Below are positions 36,350 to 48,862 of a stretch of 64,000 bases of DNA, in pieces. The notes under the pieces are model-generated. The model was not told the DNA's origin. It ran no database searches and was given only the letters and a program-made list of their open reading frames with translations. How positions within the stretch are numbered: position 1 is the first letter of the stretch; each line of letters opens with the position of its first letter. A program made the position numbers and the translations under genes. This DNA comes from Amphiscolops sp. MND2022 (lineage: Eukaryota), in NCBI GenBank assembly GCA_964187785.1, contig OZ076417.1:36890001-36954000 (forward strand), read 5' to 3'.

Positions 36350-37100
36350 TTATCACACGCATGTTTCCACATAGCAATTATTACAAGCTAAGCCATCATG
36401 CTGAAGTATTGGAGAATGCTGTATTGCGTTTATGGAAAATTGTTAGCTTCTTCGTAATACCGAAGTCGGAGAATGTGGTATTCGAGAAAATTCTGTAGTA
36501 CTTGCTGGTATCCCAGACAATCCTTATTTCTGTTAAACTTCCCACAGTTGAATGCGCGTTCACGACCTGCCAGAAACCTTTGTTAAAAAGCATTACACTG
36601 TTGCACAAAAGGAGTATTCGCGGGTGGCTTGTTCCTTAAAAACCAAAGCTGCAAAACCTTAGCAACCAAACTGTGGGCCTTGACCTGGAAGCTCTAGGAT
36701 CCTGGCAAACGTTGCCATAAAGTGTGCCAGTTCCGGACGCTCCATCGCCGCCTGCTCAACCGCTAGCAAGAGGTCTCTCGCTGTTAGTAGAGGCTGAGGG
36801 TCAGCCACTGGGGCTACCACAGCGCATCCATGGTGCAAAATGTTTCTACGTGAAAGTAGTTTTGGTCCCCGTTCGCCTGATTGTTTTCAATCTTATCAAG
36901 CGATGTTGCTATTGGAGTTCCAGCTCGGACAATCACTGGCAGTACTCCTGGTTTTTTTGTTTCGGCGTGTAGATAAGCCTGCTAAACTTCTGGCGGCGGT
37001 TTGTTGTACATTTGGGAGACCTGCGTTTGGCTGGTGGCAATAGGGCGGTTTGTTGTAAGAGGTGTTGGGCGAATAGGGTGCATTATAGTTTTATTTCTCG
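36350..37100 (-). pseudogene. Highly decayed gag C-terminus/protease-like fragment of an older LTR element
   Basis: Degenerate zinc-knuckle-like and xxDT protease-like stretches; many stops. Confidence 0.3.
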
Positions 37101-37528
37101 TCTTTCCAGTATACGAGTGATGAAACAAAGTTTAATATTATGTATGTTATTTTAACTAGTTTTTTTTCTAAGCTGTAGATTGAGCGTCTAGGTACTGCAG
37201 AAATTTAGGCTTAAATAGCGAGGAGCTATTTCGTTCCTCGGCACTTCAATTTTAATCGAAATGACTCATGTGACTCGTTGGTTATTTTACGACTTTATTG
37301 TCCGCTTGGACGTTCAAGTGGAGGAGAAAGGAAACGTGGGAAAGAAAAATGCTCGCGGGATTGACTAATGTCGGGAGGGAAAAAAGAAACTTTTGCGCTC
37401 GCACCAGCGAATGCATTCAACAAAGAAAAGAAAGGAAAAAATTTTCACGCGATTGCATTGGATATAGTTGCATTCAAAATGAGCTCTTTATTAGGCAAAA
37501 AAAATGGGGGAGGAGCTTGAGTTATGAG

Positions 37529-39825
37529 TTATAATGTTCGGCTAACGATTTCCGTCACAGGGAACTCTTTCCCTGGCATCTTACGCGGCTCCTTTGGTGG
37601 ACCTGACTTGGCCTCGTGCACACTTGAAGTTGCCGGCTGTGGTTGAGTCGGCAACGGAGTGGTCTCACGTAACTCCTTTGGGACGTCGTCTACAGCAGCC
37701 ACCGTGTCACACTGTACTTCGCCACCGCGCAGCCCTGCTGTCATCCGTCGTCGCACAGCGTAGATTTTCCCCCACTTGACCGTCCGCCCCACAACAGCTA
37801 TAATTATAAGCACAAACAAAGTAACACTGCATGTGAGAATAACATCCTTCCAAACTTTCCGGATGACTGTAGAATGGACTCAATCAACCTCTACTAGGAA
37901 AGGTTGCGCGATTGCATTCAGCATCTCTTCGGTCACTGCTCGATCCGGTAGACCAGCTAAATTCAATTTTAAATGAGAAGGTAACTCCTGGTGGACATCT
38001 CCCATTGCGAGGGAGGGACTACTTCTTCTAGGGATTTTAAATTGTCAAACAGGGGTCGTAGCAAAGGAGTAGGTAAAATGCGAACAATTTCACTACTGTC
38101 ACTTTCCTTACAATATAATAGGGTCGGGAGTAAAGAATAACCCGGCAATTGGGAGTTACAATCGCCCATTACAGGAAGGCCTTACTAAACAACTTTGGCA
38201 GCCGTGTATTCTTCTTTCTGCGCGATTAGTCATGTTCTGAATCATGAAACTCTCTTTGCGGAAGTTAGGAGGTATGTAGAGTCATAAAGATACACTGCCT
38301 GAGGTTGTTGAGGGAGTGCCACGACCTCTTGAGCACATAGTTTCAGGACAGTGGCGGGCAGATTGAAGAACAGACCTGTGAGACAGGAGGTTTTTTGCGA
38401 TTTAGTGGTTGAAAAGGGTTGTTTATAAAGTCTTAGGCGGTGAGTACCTACGACAGTGCGTCGATATTTCTTGTTCGCTAACCTCCGCGCAATTTGTTTT
38501 GTCCCACGACGTTAGTAAGTGCGCCTCACTAAGTTGATACTGCGTAGCCTTTTCAGTATTAGGAGTAGGCTGAGGAATGGCGGTGGCTCTATATACCTCG
38601 TGCACTCCATATCCTGTATACATGGGGATTTCCAACAATAGGTGCAATCCTTCATTCAATATCTACGCGTCCCTAACTACCACAAAAGACAATTAGGCGG
38701 CGATCAATTTTCTAGGTATAGCCTCATTTAATCCATTTACGTCGAATGAATCGAGTATTTTTACCAAAGTCGACGGAAGGATTAAGGATAACGGCCGATA
38801 TCCGTGCACCAGAGAAGCCATAGCGTCATGCAAAATGGATGCCTTATTTGCTAGCGAAATTCGTTTCTGATTAATATCATTTACTATAAGTCGATACTTA
38901 GTTGTTATGTTTTGGAACGCTGTCGCCATTATCAAGGTGTTTCGATGGCGATCCTGAGTTAGCCTCGCGACGCACTCCGCTTTTTCGACGTAGTCATGAA
39001 TTTCATCTACTACACTGTTAATCGTTCCGTTCAACACTTGACCATTTTTCTCCACGGTCTGTTTAAGTGCAACCAGTTCGCTAGTACTGACATCCACCGG
39101 CATTTGAACTGTGAGCGCTTCAAGCAACTCTGTCTTCAAATACAACATAGTTTCCCCCAAATACTCGACCTTCCGGGCCAACTCTTCAATTTTTCGGCAG
39201 GAATTTTACAGGTGGAACAGAACGGAATTAACTTATCCACAAAACATGATACTGAATCGGACCAAAGTTGGAAAAGGGGTCGAAGAAAAATTCGCGATAG
39301 CTCGCTCCCAAACATAGATCCGGCGATCGCGACAACAACGGATCTAGATAAACGGTCAGGTTTGCCGTTGGGAACATCGTCGACCGTATTATTGAAGAAC
39401 ACAGTTAGCAATTTTTTTATGGCCAGACAATCGTGCTGGAGCATATGATGGCTTTGGAATGTCTCCGCTAGACTATCTTGCAAGAAACGTTTCCAATACT
39501 CAAACAACTGAGGGTTAGCGCATTCTTGCGAGAACATCCGTAGGTCTACCTCGGTCAGCCGGTTTAGCGCACTTTCTAAGATTTGGTTCAACGGCTCCGG
39601 GTCTAAGTAGGGCACTTGGAGAAAAGGGAGGAAAGTTCACAGCGTTCTTACTGCCTTGACAATCACCACCGGAGGTTCAGGAGTAAATGCCGCTCCGAAA
39701 GTTGAATGGATTCCGCTGACGATACCTGGTCTTCCGAGTTTCCTTTGAAAATCGTAAGGATCGAACGAGTTTTCTCCATAAATACCAAAAATAAGGTACA
39801 AAACCAGGAATAATAGGGTTTTCAT
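37529..39825 (-). pseudogene. env: Envelope protein, class I fusogen (baculovirus F / errantivirus env-like)
   Basis: Signal peptide MKTLLFLVLYLIFGIYG; RLSR|SVVVAIAGSMFG furin-like site and fusion peptide (39343-39354); heptad repeats; LHDAMASLVHGY.PLSLI.PSTL; LHLLLEIPM..VYRATAIPQP; TM FVLIIIAVVG plus cytoplasmic tail. Confidence 0.8.
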
Positions 39826-40490
39826 CTTTAGGATGAGATGGTTTTAAGGGGTTTAGGCACCCGAAGCTAACTAGTTCGAGAAGAAAAATCTATTATTTAT
39901 TTTTTTGTTTCTTGTTATTTTCCTAGTTGATGAGGTATTTTTGAGGACTTCGGAATACAGAGGAGAGCTACTGTATAATGTAAGGAAGAATTCAAGACAG
40001 AGAAGGCAACTGGCGTATAAAACGCGTATATAAAAAATGTGAAGTGGTGAACGTTCACGAGCGTGCGTCGCAAAAAGGTGATCATCACTTCACGTACCGA
40101 TTGGCGTCCGCATTTTAGTCAGCCTAATCGGCTTTCAATACGAGGGCGAGTTTGCAGTACTCCGAATAGTCATACTCGCTAAACGACCTATTCGAAGTCT
40201 CCGGCGCAACTTTCGTCGAGCAGTGTAGTCATCGATTCCGAAACGAACGGGCGGTTTACGTTGCCGGGACCTACGAGGTTCCGAGCTACTCTCGCTCGCT
40301 TCTACTTCTACTATTCTAGGAGAGGGGTCACCACCCTCCGAACTCTCCTCGTTGACATGAGTTTGATCAGCGACTGATACTTCGAGGATGTCGACATATA
40401 ACGGATTAGGTTCGGGGCATTCCTCGTCACTCGCACTTTCAACGAGGGCGCGTCATCAAACGTCACGTGCGTTTTATTACGAGCGGCTTG

Positions 40491-41700
40491 TTACTCAGCG
40501 GTCGTCGGATTGAACACATATAATGGGAGACCATCTATTTGACTTTCAATCTCCTCCGGCAATTGTTCGTAATTAGAGGCAACGAGTTTCCTCCGGCGTT
40601 CGGACCTGCGAGGCGGAATATCACCGACAAAAAGTTTTAACCGGTGGAAAAGTACTTTCTGCCATTTTTCGGGAGCGCTTTTCTTACAGATACGGTGATT
40701 GACTTCGCTGGTACGACTCAAGACTTCATAGGGTCCTTGCAGATAAAACATTCGCGACTTTGTCTGATGCGGTTCTAGTAGCCACACGAGATCATCTCCT
40801 GGTTCGAAAGGTTCGCTGTGCACTTTGCGATGATAGTAGTCTTTTTGACGGCGCTGTTTTTTCCCATTGTCATTTGCGCTTGTTCATGCACCTCGTATTG
40901 TTTTTCTTTTAGTTCGGAAGCTGGTTCGCAAACCTTAGCTCTAATCGAGGATCGCCAGGCGGTTTTGGGTAATACAAATCGATTGGATACTGTGCCGTTT
41001 TGCCGAACAACATCGAGAACGGAGTCATTCCTGTCGTCCTATGCACCGTCGTATTATATACAAAAACAACATGCAGCAAGTTTAAGTCCCATTCTTGGGG
41101 TCTTTCTGCACAATACTTGGAATTTGTGTCGGCAATTACGCGATTGAATCGTTCGACCTGTTCATTGCCTTGGAGATGATACAGAGATGTTCTCGTCTTA
41201 TCAATCAAAAAAATTTTACAGACGTCGTGCATCATTTCATTATTAAAGTTCGTCCCTTGGTCGGTGTGAATCACGTCGGGAGAGCCTAACTTAGTAATCC
41301 ATTCCTCTACTATCACTGTTGCTACTGTAGTGGCAGTCATGTCTTTCAGCGGAACCGCCACAACGTATTACTAAAATGTACTTAGACAACGAGCACATTG
41401 CTAACGTGACTGGTCCTTGAATGTCGGCCGCCATTACTTCAAACGGTGCCTGCACTTCAATGGGAAGTAATTCCGCTCGTCGCGGATTACCGGCTGTGGA
41501 ACGTGCTGCGCAGCGAAGACAACTCGCTACATGTATCTCTACGCTCGAACGTAAAGCAGGTCATCAAAGTCGTTGCTTAATGCGTGACAATGTTTTTTCT
41601 ACAGCGAAGTGACCGCCGCTCAATGGCGAGTCGTGTAACTGATAAAGTATCTCTTCTCTCATTTCCTTTGGCACGACTGTCTGCCAAACTTCGTGTGAGC
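40491..41700 (-). pseudogene. pol: Integrase (HHCC finger, rve core, GPY motif)
   Basis: LHDSPLSGGHFAVEKT; IHTDQGTNF; GNEQVERFNR; YNTTVHRTTGMTPFSMLFG; LQGPYEV. Confidence 0.95.
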
Positions 41701-42084
41701 GGTTATTGGGACGCCACCTTCGATACAATACGTTGTTTTCTAATGTTAAACTTTCCCAATTGCTCCACAGTACCAATGCCTCGGGGCAATTCCATGAGAA
41801 CGCTATTCCTTTGGAAATCGAATTAAGACCGATGTTAGTAATCGAATCGTTTCTGGACAATTCTGCGTCTTTCGTAGCTCGGAGAAGGGTTCCTATCGCT
41901 GGATCTAAGCGTTGTTTGTTGGCCAGGTCGCTGTCGGATTTAGTCCACGATATACGCTTTCCCACTTGGCCCGTTGATAACATTTCCTTGGGCATCGCTG
42001 TGGCGCAGCACGTATCAGGGTCTCGGGAACGACTACCCGAAGTCCGAGGATCTACGTTTTGATATAACGGTAAACCTTGTTCGG

Positions 42085-42500
42085 GAGTGTAAAACGTTAT
42101 CGTACAATACATTCCTTGAAATTTTGTCCCTAAGCAAATTGCCACGTTAATCCGTTCCAAACGGTCATCGATACAGCCTATCCTAGGCATTGCAAAAGCC
42201 GACACTCCATGAATAATTGCATGGGACCACATTCGCCTTAAGCACTTTTTGAAATCATCGTACGTGGCTACGTTGCGTTCGCTTTTCCTAGTTATCAACA
42301 CGTAAATGTTTCGTGCTTTCTCTTCGTTCCTATACACAGGAAAACCACCGACTTGATTCAATGACTCGGGCAGCGGTCGCAGATGTGAAAACCTGCATAC
42401 AAAATCTGTCATTGGGAGAATGAGCACGCGCATCTCAGCAGATGTACAGAGGAGTAGCGCGTCCCCAGCGTTGATAAAATTTCCGGAATTATAACGGACG
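42085..42500 (-). pseudogene. TARG1/OARD1 (Poa1p-like) macrodomain embedded in Pol
   Basis: RNIYVLITRKSERNVATYDDFKKCLRRMWSHAIIHGVSAFAMPRIGCIDDRLERINV...FQGMYCTITFYT parallels the OARD1 pattern IYYLITK...PTY..L..SL..M.SH....GV..LSMPRIGCGLDRL.W..V......F....ITVYT. Confidence 0.85.
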
Positions 42501-42719
42501 ACTTCTCTCGGAGCACGATGAAATGTAAAAGATCGTGTCTGTTTACGAGCTCGCCGTCCTCGTCGGCATCGTTTTTCTTACTTCGAGCTGACTTAACATC
42601 ATGTTCTGCTCCTAGTAGAGCGGTGTCAAAACTTTCAAAGTCGGGAATGGGACCTCTCAAGTCCTCTTCCTCGCCAGGCATCCATTCTGGCACGTCATTT
42701 GGCCGCCTACTTAATCCCT

Positions 42720-44014
42720 TCTCGTTACAGTGGTGTTGGCTTGCTCGATGCACTGTTTTGTAGTCGTATTCTTGCAGCTTTTGTATCATTCAGAACGTCA
42801 TTCCGTCAGCGTTCTGCCGGAATAGCCACTGGAGCCTCGCGTGTTCCGTTCTAATTATACCCTTCGTTCCGTATATGTACGGTCTAAACCACTGTACAGC
42901 TTGGACTACGCCGAGAGCTTCCCGTTAAGTAGTGGCGTAATTAACTTCGGTTTTTGATAATACTCTATACTCGAAAGCAATCGGGTACTTGGTTCCATAT
43001 ACTACTTGCGACAGCACTGCTCCAAGGGCGGTTTCGCTTGCGTTCGTACCAATCACAAAAAGGAGCGAAAAAATCGGGAATGCTAATGTGGGACCGGCTA
43101 GCAGTCGCTCCTTAAGCGTACAGAAAGCTTCTTCGTGCTCGTCGTTCCACGTAAATTTCGTTCCTTCACTAGTTACCAAGTATAGTGGTCGAGCCACTCC
43201 AGCGAAAATTTTCACAAATTTTCGATAGTAATTTCAAAATGCCGTGAACGAGCGGACTTGTGTCACAATTTTTGGTCGTTCCCATGTGCGAATGGCTTCC
43301 AACATTTTCGGGTCTGGCTGGATGCGTTTTTGATTAAAGACGTGGTCGAGATAGTGAACTTCGTCTTGGAACAGACTTCATTTTTTCGGCTTCAATTTCA
43401 AAGCGGCCATTCTTAAAACTAGAAATACTTTCCTCAGGTGAGATAAATGTTTTTCCGGTGTTTTATTGTATGTCAAGACGCAGTCCAGAAATAATAACAC
43501 GAACTTATACAAAAATTCCTTGAAGACATCGTTCATGTATCTTTGAAACGTCGGATGAGCATTAGTCAAGCCGAACGGCATTTTCAAGCATTTGTACAGT
43601 CCTCTATCGGGAGTAAAAAACGCTGTTTTATGTCGATTCTCCGGTGCGACAGGGATTTGCCAATAGCAATTGGCCAAGTCGAGGGATGAGAAAACTCCCG
43701 CTCGTTGTAGCGCGTCTATCGTCTGGGCAATCCGCGGCATCCTCCACTGTCACTTCGTTCAACTTACGATAGTCAATACACATCCGATTAGAGCCGTCTT
43801 TCTTCGGGACCAATGCAGTTGGACTGCTATATGGACTTTTACACGGAACAATTACTTTCTTTTCTCTCATTTCGTTTATCTCGGCTCGGATCGCGTCCAC
43901 TTTATGCGGAGCGATTTTGTACGGCGGGATTTTTATTGGCGGCAAGTTCTCTATATCAATTTTGTGTTCAATTCCCACCGCTGCCCCAAGGGGGTCCTTG
44001 GGAAGAGAAAACAC
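42720..44014 (-). pseudogene. pol: Reverse transcriptase and RNase H
   Basis: KKDGSNRMCIDYRKLNEVT; FSSLDLANCYWQI; KMPFGLTNA; catalytic YxDD decayed to FLDC; RNase H TNASETALGAVLSQ. Confidence 0.95.
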
Positions 44015-44264
44015 ATCGCGATACTCGCGAATCAGCGTTCGCAGTTCTTCCTTGATTTCGACGTGGCTAAATTGAGAATTTCGTCAACGTCTCTCTCCAA
44101 TTTGTCGTTTTGTTCGGTGACCACGGAGACGTGATTCGGAGCGGTTTTTGTGTCGAACACATAGGCTTCCTTTCCAGGGGAAGAAACATGCCTTCCGCCG
44201 AGTTGCACTGGCTTTATGACCGTAGAACGGTCCGGTTTTTAATCACGAGCTATTGCGATACAAT

Positions 44265-44642
44265 TTATTCTATCATGAATTTCAGTCCCATAAGGACTTC
44301 TGGGTATAATCCATCCACGACAACGAAGTCGTCCTCGGCTAAGAGATCTCCGTTTTTTACCATTGCCTTCATGAGTCCTTCAGTGGACATAACGTTGCCT
44401 ACCGGACCTATCAACAAAATTTGGTTCGAAACGATCTCATTTCCTTGCACAGTCGATAGAGTACTACTGATTAAGCTGTTACTCTCTCCGGTGTCTACTA
44501 TATCCCAACAGCGTTGTCCCTCTACTTGATAGGGAACAAGCAAGCCTGAACTTTTGACGATTTTTCCTGCAGCTCTTGCATGCGGGGCATTCCATGTCGT
44601 TAGCTTTCGCACCCGCATTTTTGACTCCATTGAAATTTTCAA
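44265..44642 (-). pseudogene. pol: Aspartic protease
   Basis: IVDTGESNSLIS and EVLMGLKFM retropepsin motifs. Confidence 0.85.
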
Positions 44643-44959
44643 GTACTTCCGGGTCTCCTTCCGGAAAAATTTTCACGGACCCTGGTTTTAAGCAATTAAA
44701 ACCCTTTTCGGAGGTTTCTGCTAGGGGACTATTTACATTTGAGGGTTCCAAATTAGTATAAAAACCTCCGGGTCGTGAATCTCGGCACATCTCTCCCCAA
44801 GTTTTAGGGTTTACGTAACGCAACCTACTTTCAATTCCGTATCGATTTTCAACGCTGCGGGACCGTGATCGGGCGCGATACGGCGTGGAACTTTTGTTTA
44901 GAGTTATAGCAGACCTAAGAGGATTGGGGTCACAGCAGGAGTGGAACCTGCTACTGCGC

Positions 44960-46300
44960 ACCCGGCCGTTTCCAGTTTAATTGGTCCTTTTCAGCCCTCT
45001 GCGGGCAGTCTAGGCAAAATGTCTTCATTCCTCACAACTAAAGCATTCTGCAACAGATGGGGGTGGATTAGATATAGTTACATTGCCCGAACCTGTCCAA
45101 ACTTGAGCCGCACTACTGTTAGGAGTTATTTGAGGAAGTGGAGGCTGGGGCGGCCACTGCTGAGACTGTCCATCACCGCAACTCTGCGCACTCCGCAATG
45201 CTCTCACAATCGCTGCGGAGATTGAGTTAGGCAGATCTTGTATTTGTTTTACAAAGAAGTCTGTCTGTTTGCATATATTGGAACCTAGACAGTATAAGCG
45301 ACTTGCAACGTTAGTCATTGAGGTGTGTTGGGCCAAGAACTTTTCGTCGATTTCGGACTTATTCGAGTTGGGATAACCAGCTCGTACTACGTCTAGTTGA
45401 TCGCAATCTTCCTGACCATATCGAATTTTGTCCGACCGAAGAGGCCTTTTATTTTCAGAGTTTTCTGAATCAGTTCTTTTGCTCTTTATAAGATTTCACA
45501 AAAATTCCTCTCTGTTTCATCTTCATACAATTTCTGTTGAATTCGAGAATCAAAAAGTCCTTCCAAAAAGTGATCACGCAGATCAGGGTCTCTTTCAGCA
45601 AGAGTTTTTTCAGAAAAATCTAATTCTCCCAAATGACGGACTCATCGGGCATTTTTTTAAATTTTCATTTTCTAGCTGTCGAATTGCCTTGAATTCGGTT
45701 CGTGTAGCCCGTTTACTGTTGCATTTTAGGTTTCCATTCTTCCAGCAACCACTCCTAGTGGGGTGCTGTTCGGCCTGGTAATTTTTCAACAAAACAGCGC
45801 GGAACTGTTTCGAATTCTTTCACTGTCCAAGAAGTTAAACAAGCAGGCAATGCGGCAGTGGCTTGTGAATCACTACAACCACTTGCTTTAACGACGGATT
45901 TGTAGTGTTTAACCCAGAACTCCCAACGATTAAAATCTTTTCTCGGAAATTTTTCCGGTTTGACAGGCGATTTTTGGTAAACTGCTTTAGTTTTTCCACT
46001 ACTCACGAGGTAAAATGATAAAGATTCATCTGAATCATATCCGGCCTCTAATGTTACATGTTCCATTTCCAACATCAAATCCATCAATTTACGGTTCGCT
46101 GTCTCTTGCCGTTCTTTTCCGGTCGTATATTTATCCCAAGAACAAGTAAAAGCTGACTTACTAGAGAGGGTTACTACCATCTGAGCTGTCGCTTTCGGCG
46201 GGCTCGGAAGAGTCCTGGGGCGAGTCGTGGTCGTGGGTTTCTTCTTCTGACATCTCTGCGGGTGAGAAACGAACGTGGGCGTGGCAAAAAACAAGGATGA
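44960..46300 (-). pseudogene. gag: Gag (capsid plus zinc knuckle), frameshifted
   Basis: PEKFPRKDFNRWEFWVKHYKSVVKASG.SDSQATAALPACLT; ECFSCEE.RH knuckle near 45030. Confidence 0.8.
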
Positions 46301-46387
46301 CGGAAGATAAGATGATTGAAAGTAAGAAAATCAAAGAAAAGTTGAGGGAACGCAAGAAGGGGGTTGCAACAGAAATAAAGGAATTAG

Positions 46388-46404
46388 CCCACCCAGGAGC
46401 GCCA
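46388..46404 (-). promoter_or_regulatory. Primer binding site TGGCGCTCCTGGGTGGG
   Basis: 1 nt after the LTR end (...TTCTACA); complement reads as a tRNA-like 3' end CCCACCCAGGAGCG-CCA; isoacceptor not determined. Confidence 0.8.
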
Positions 46405-46405
46405 A

Positions 46406-46807
46406 TGTAGAATTTTGAAAAGTAGCTTTAATAGTCTGTCGAAAACTCCACTACTACTCAATTAAACCAAAGCGTACCTCTATATACGAGACAATGATAG
46501 CGCTGAGCATTCTCATAAATTTAAAACTCTAAAAGTGAATTTCAGAGGTGGTGGGGTTTTATTGCATCATATAGTGCCCAATTCCGTTTCATTCTGCTGA
46601 CTTGCAAAGGAGGTGTCTCGTGTGCTCTCGCTGTTAGAAAAGATGCCTAAGAATGCCTAGTTGTTTTCATTCATAGACACTTAAGATAAGGGGGTGTGAT
46701 ATTCTGAGTCACTACTAACTTATGTTACTGGTCTTTACTAACTTATGTTGTCGTCAACTCGTGTGAATGCCCCCTCTGATGACTGGCGGAACATCCCACT
46801 GTAAACA
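46406..46807 (-). repeat. Probable 5' LTR of the macrodomain element (plus-strand right boundary uncertain)
   Basis: Starts TGTAG adjacent to the PBS; no second copy in the window. Confidence 0.55.
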
Positions 46808-47127
46808 AATCGATTGGAGTGCTTTCTCAATACTTTCAATGAACGAAAAGAGCATGTATGCAGTTCCTTTACCAATGGCTAATTCTGGGGATCATTTTCA
46901 ACTGTTCAAAAATGGGTGTTTCCGTGCCTGGGGGGCAAAACTAATAGTGTTTTCTAAAAGATTCATCTATGGCCTACAAATTCAGTATTATTCAACATTC
47001 ATGTGTTGCGACTCCTTCGGGTAGCAAAACAGCATCAAAGTGGGGATGGTCAAAAACAGGGTCTCAACAAGTCAATTTTTGGGCAATTTCGGGTCGTTTT
47101 TCGCATCGAGGCAGCTAGAACCAGCCC

Positions 47128-47327
47128 NNNNNNNNNNNNNNNNNNNNNNNNNNNNNNNNNNNNNNNNNNNNNNNNNNNNNNNNNNNNNNNNNNNNNNNNN
47201 NNNNNNNNNNNNNNNNNNNNNNNNNNNNNNNNNNNNNNNNNNNNNNNNNNNNNNNNNNNNNNNNNNNNNNNNNNNNNNNNNNNNNNNNNNNNNNNNNNNN
47301 NNNNNNNNNNNNNNNNNNNNNNNNNNN
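47128..47327. other. Assembly gap (200 N)
   Basis: Run of n; adjacency across it is not guaranteed. Confidence 1.
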
Positions 47328-48619
47328 GATTCTACAAGACATCCCGAAAGCGGGTCATGATGCTATTTATAGCACCAATTTATCTAAAAATAGTAATTGG
47401 GACTACGTGTCCTTACAAACATTCAATGACGTAATACACTGATCTAAATATAGCTACTGAATTACACCAGATTCTATTTTTAGTAACAGAGTGACATCAA
47501 ATCTTTATGTGACCTTGAATGCCGCTCAACTAGGGCATAGCCAATCAAACCGTAGTGGCCACAATAGTTATAGCAAAGAATGAGTTTAAAAGGGGAATGA
47601 ATATCCTGTTTGGGTGATCATGGGGAAAGAGGACAATGATTCCAGTATTGTATGAGGAGTGTTAACTCTGGGATAGTTACATGTATCAACGGTAATTGTT
47701 TACAACAAGCCTTAAGGGCCGTATTTAACTAGTAAAAACTGTACTTTCATACTTTTGAAATAATTTGGTCTACCAGTCCAACAGCCATGCTGTACGGTCC
47801 TGATTAGTCAATTGGCCAAGAATGGCGTACAAAATTATTGCACTGATAACACATGAAAGATGTCCACACTGTCCAACTAGGTTAATGAGCCTGGCAGTTT
47901 GGCTCAATAAAGGCAGCGCATGGCAAAGTGGACATACCGTCCATTGATTTACTCTTAAGTAAATACACAAATAAAAGCCGAGTACGGCGCATGCACAAGA
48001 CCGGCCGAACTGGAGTAATTGAGTTAACACAATAATGCATTTTGATTGGTCAATATTTGAATTGGACCTGTAGTCCTCAGCAACAAGAGAGGAAACCTAT
48101 GAACGCGTTTCCTCTATCTGAACGCCTTGGTGTCCAATTAATATCCCATCTGAATAATTTTACATGTTTCAATGTACTGAACTAACAACACAGCAATCAA
48201 ATAAATATAGTTACATGTTTTGATAAAATGACAGCATAAAACAGTTTCATTGTAAAAAGTTTTAATCTTGTTTGTTTTGACCTTCTGGACATGACTGTTG
48301 ATCTTTCCTCAATTGAGAGGAATTGTTCCGGGTAGAGCTCTGCAATAATCGTAGGCGACTGTATACCAGTTGATCTCGCAGGCGGCCGCCTGCAACAAGT
48401 ATTTTGAAAATAGATTGATGGCAAAGGTAGAAATGAGCCCTTATGTCAAGACTGTACTGTTATAAATGAGAACAATTAGTGCTACAATGGACAGGTGGAT
48501 ATCGAATTTCTTTCCTATGAATCAATAGGAGTTTTGTCCAGCTTTACTTTTAACAGAAGCACGAACAACCTCCCCTGAAAAACCAGTCATAACTAGCCGC
48601 TCATCTCTACCTTTGCCAT

Positions 48620-48754
48620 CGACGACCTATTTGTCGTCTACTTCTTTTCAATAGTTGGATCAATGGTCAGCCACATCACGGTAGGGGCCCTAACTTGATG
48701 TTGCTGACCATTGATCCAACTTTTGAAAAGAAGTAGATGACAAATAGGTCGTCG
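48620..48754. repeat. Long fold-back hairpin (59-bp arms, 17-nt loop)
   Basis: 48620-48678 is the reverse complement of 48696-48754 with 3 differences (one is G-T). Confidence 0.95.
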
Positions 48755-48862
48755 TGGCTTTTATATAACAAGTGCTGTTATTTGGGAGGTAGACGATGAG
48801 AATTATGGGCTAACGTCGATATGACCAGAAGTTAAATGAAAGACCCCGTCTCATGTATGTTC

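Larger units (their letters stand above)
37174..46807 (-). mobile_element. Ty3/Gypsy element with macrodomain-containing Pol and class I env (decayed; outer boundaries uncertain)
   Basis: PBS and LTR end at 46388-46406; gag, PR, RT, RH, macro, IN and env are colinear; no matching second LTR found. Confidence 0.85.

Noticed and set aside
40818-45781. Numerous plus-strand ORFs opposite gag/pol
   Set aside because: Antisense shadows of the minus-strand coding sequence with no independent motifs.
47003-47434. ORFs spanning the N run
   Set aside because: Artefacts of translating through the assembly gap.
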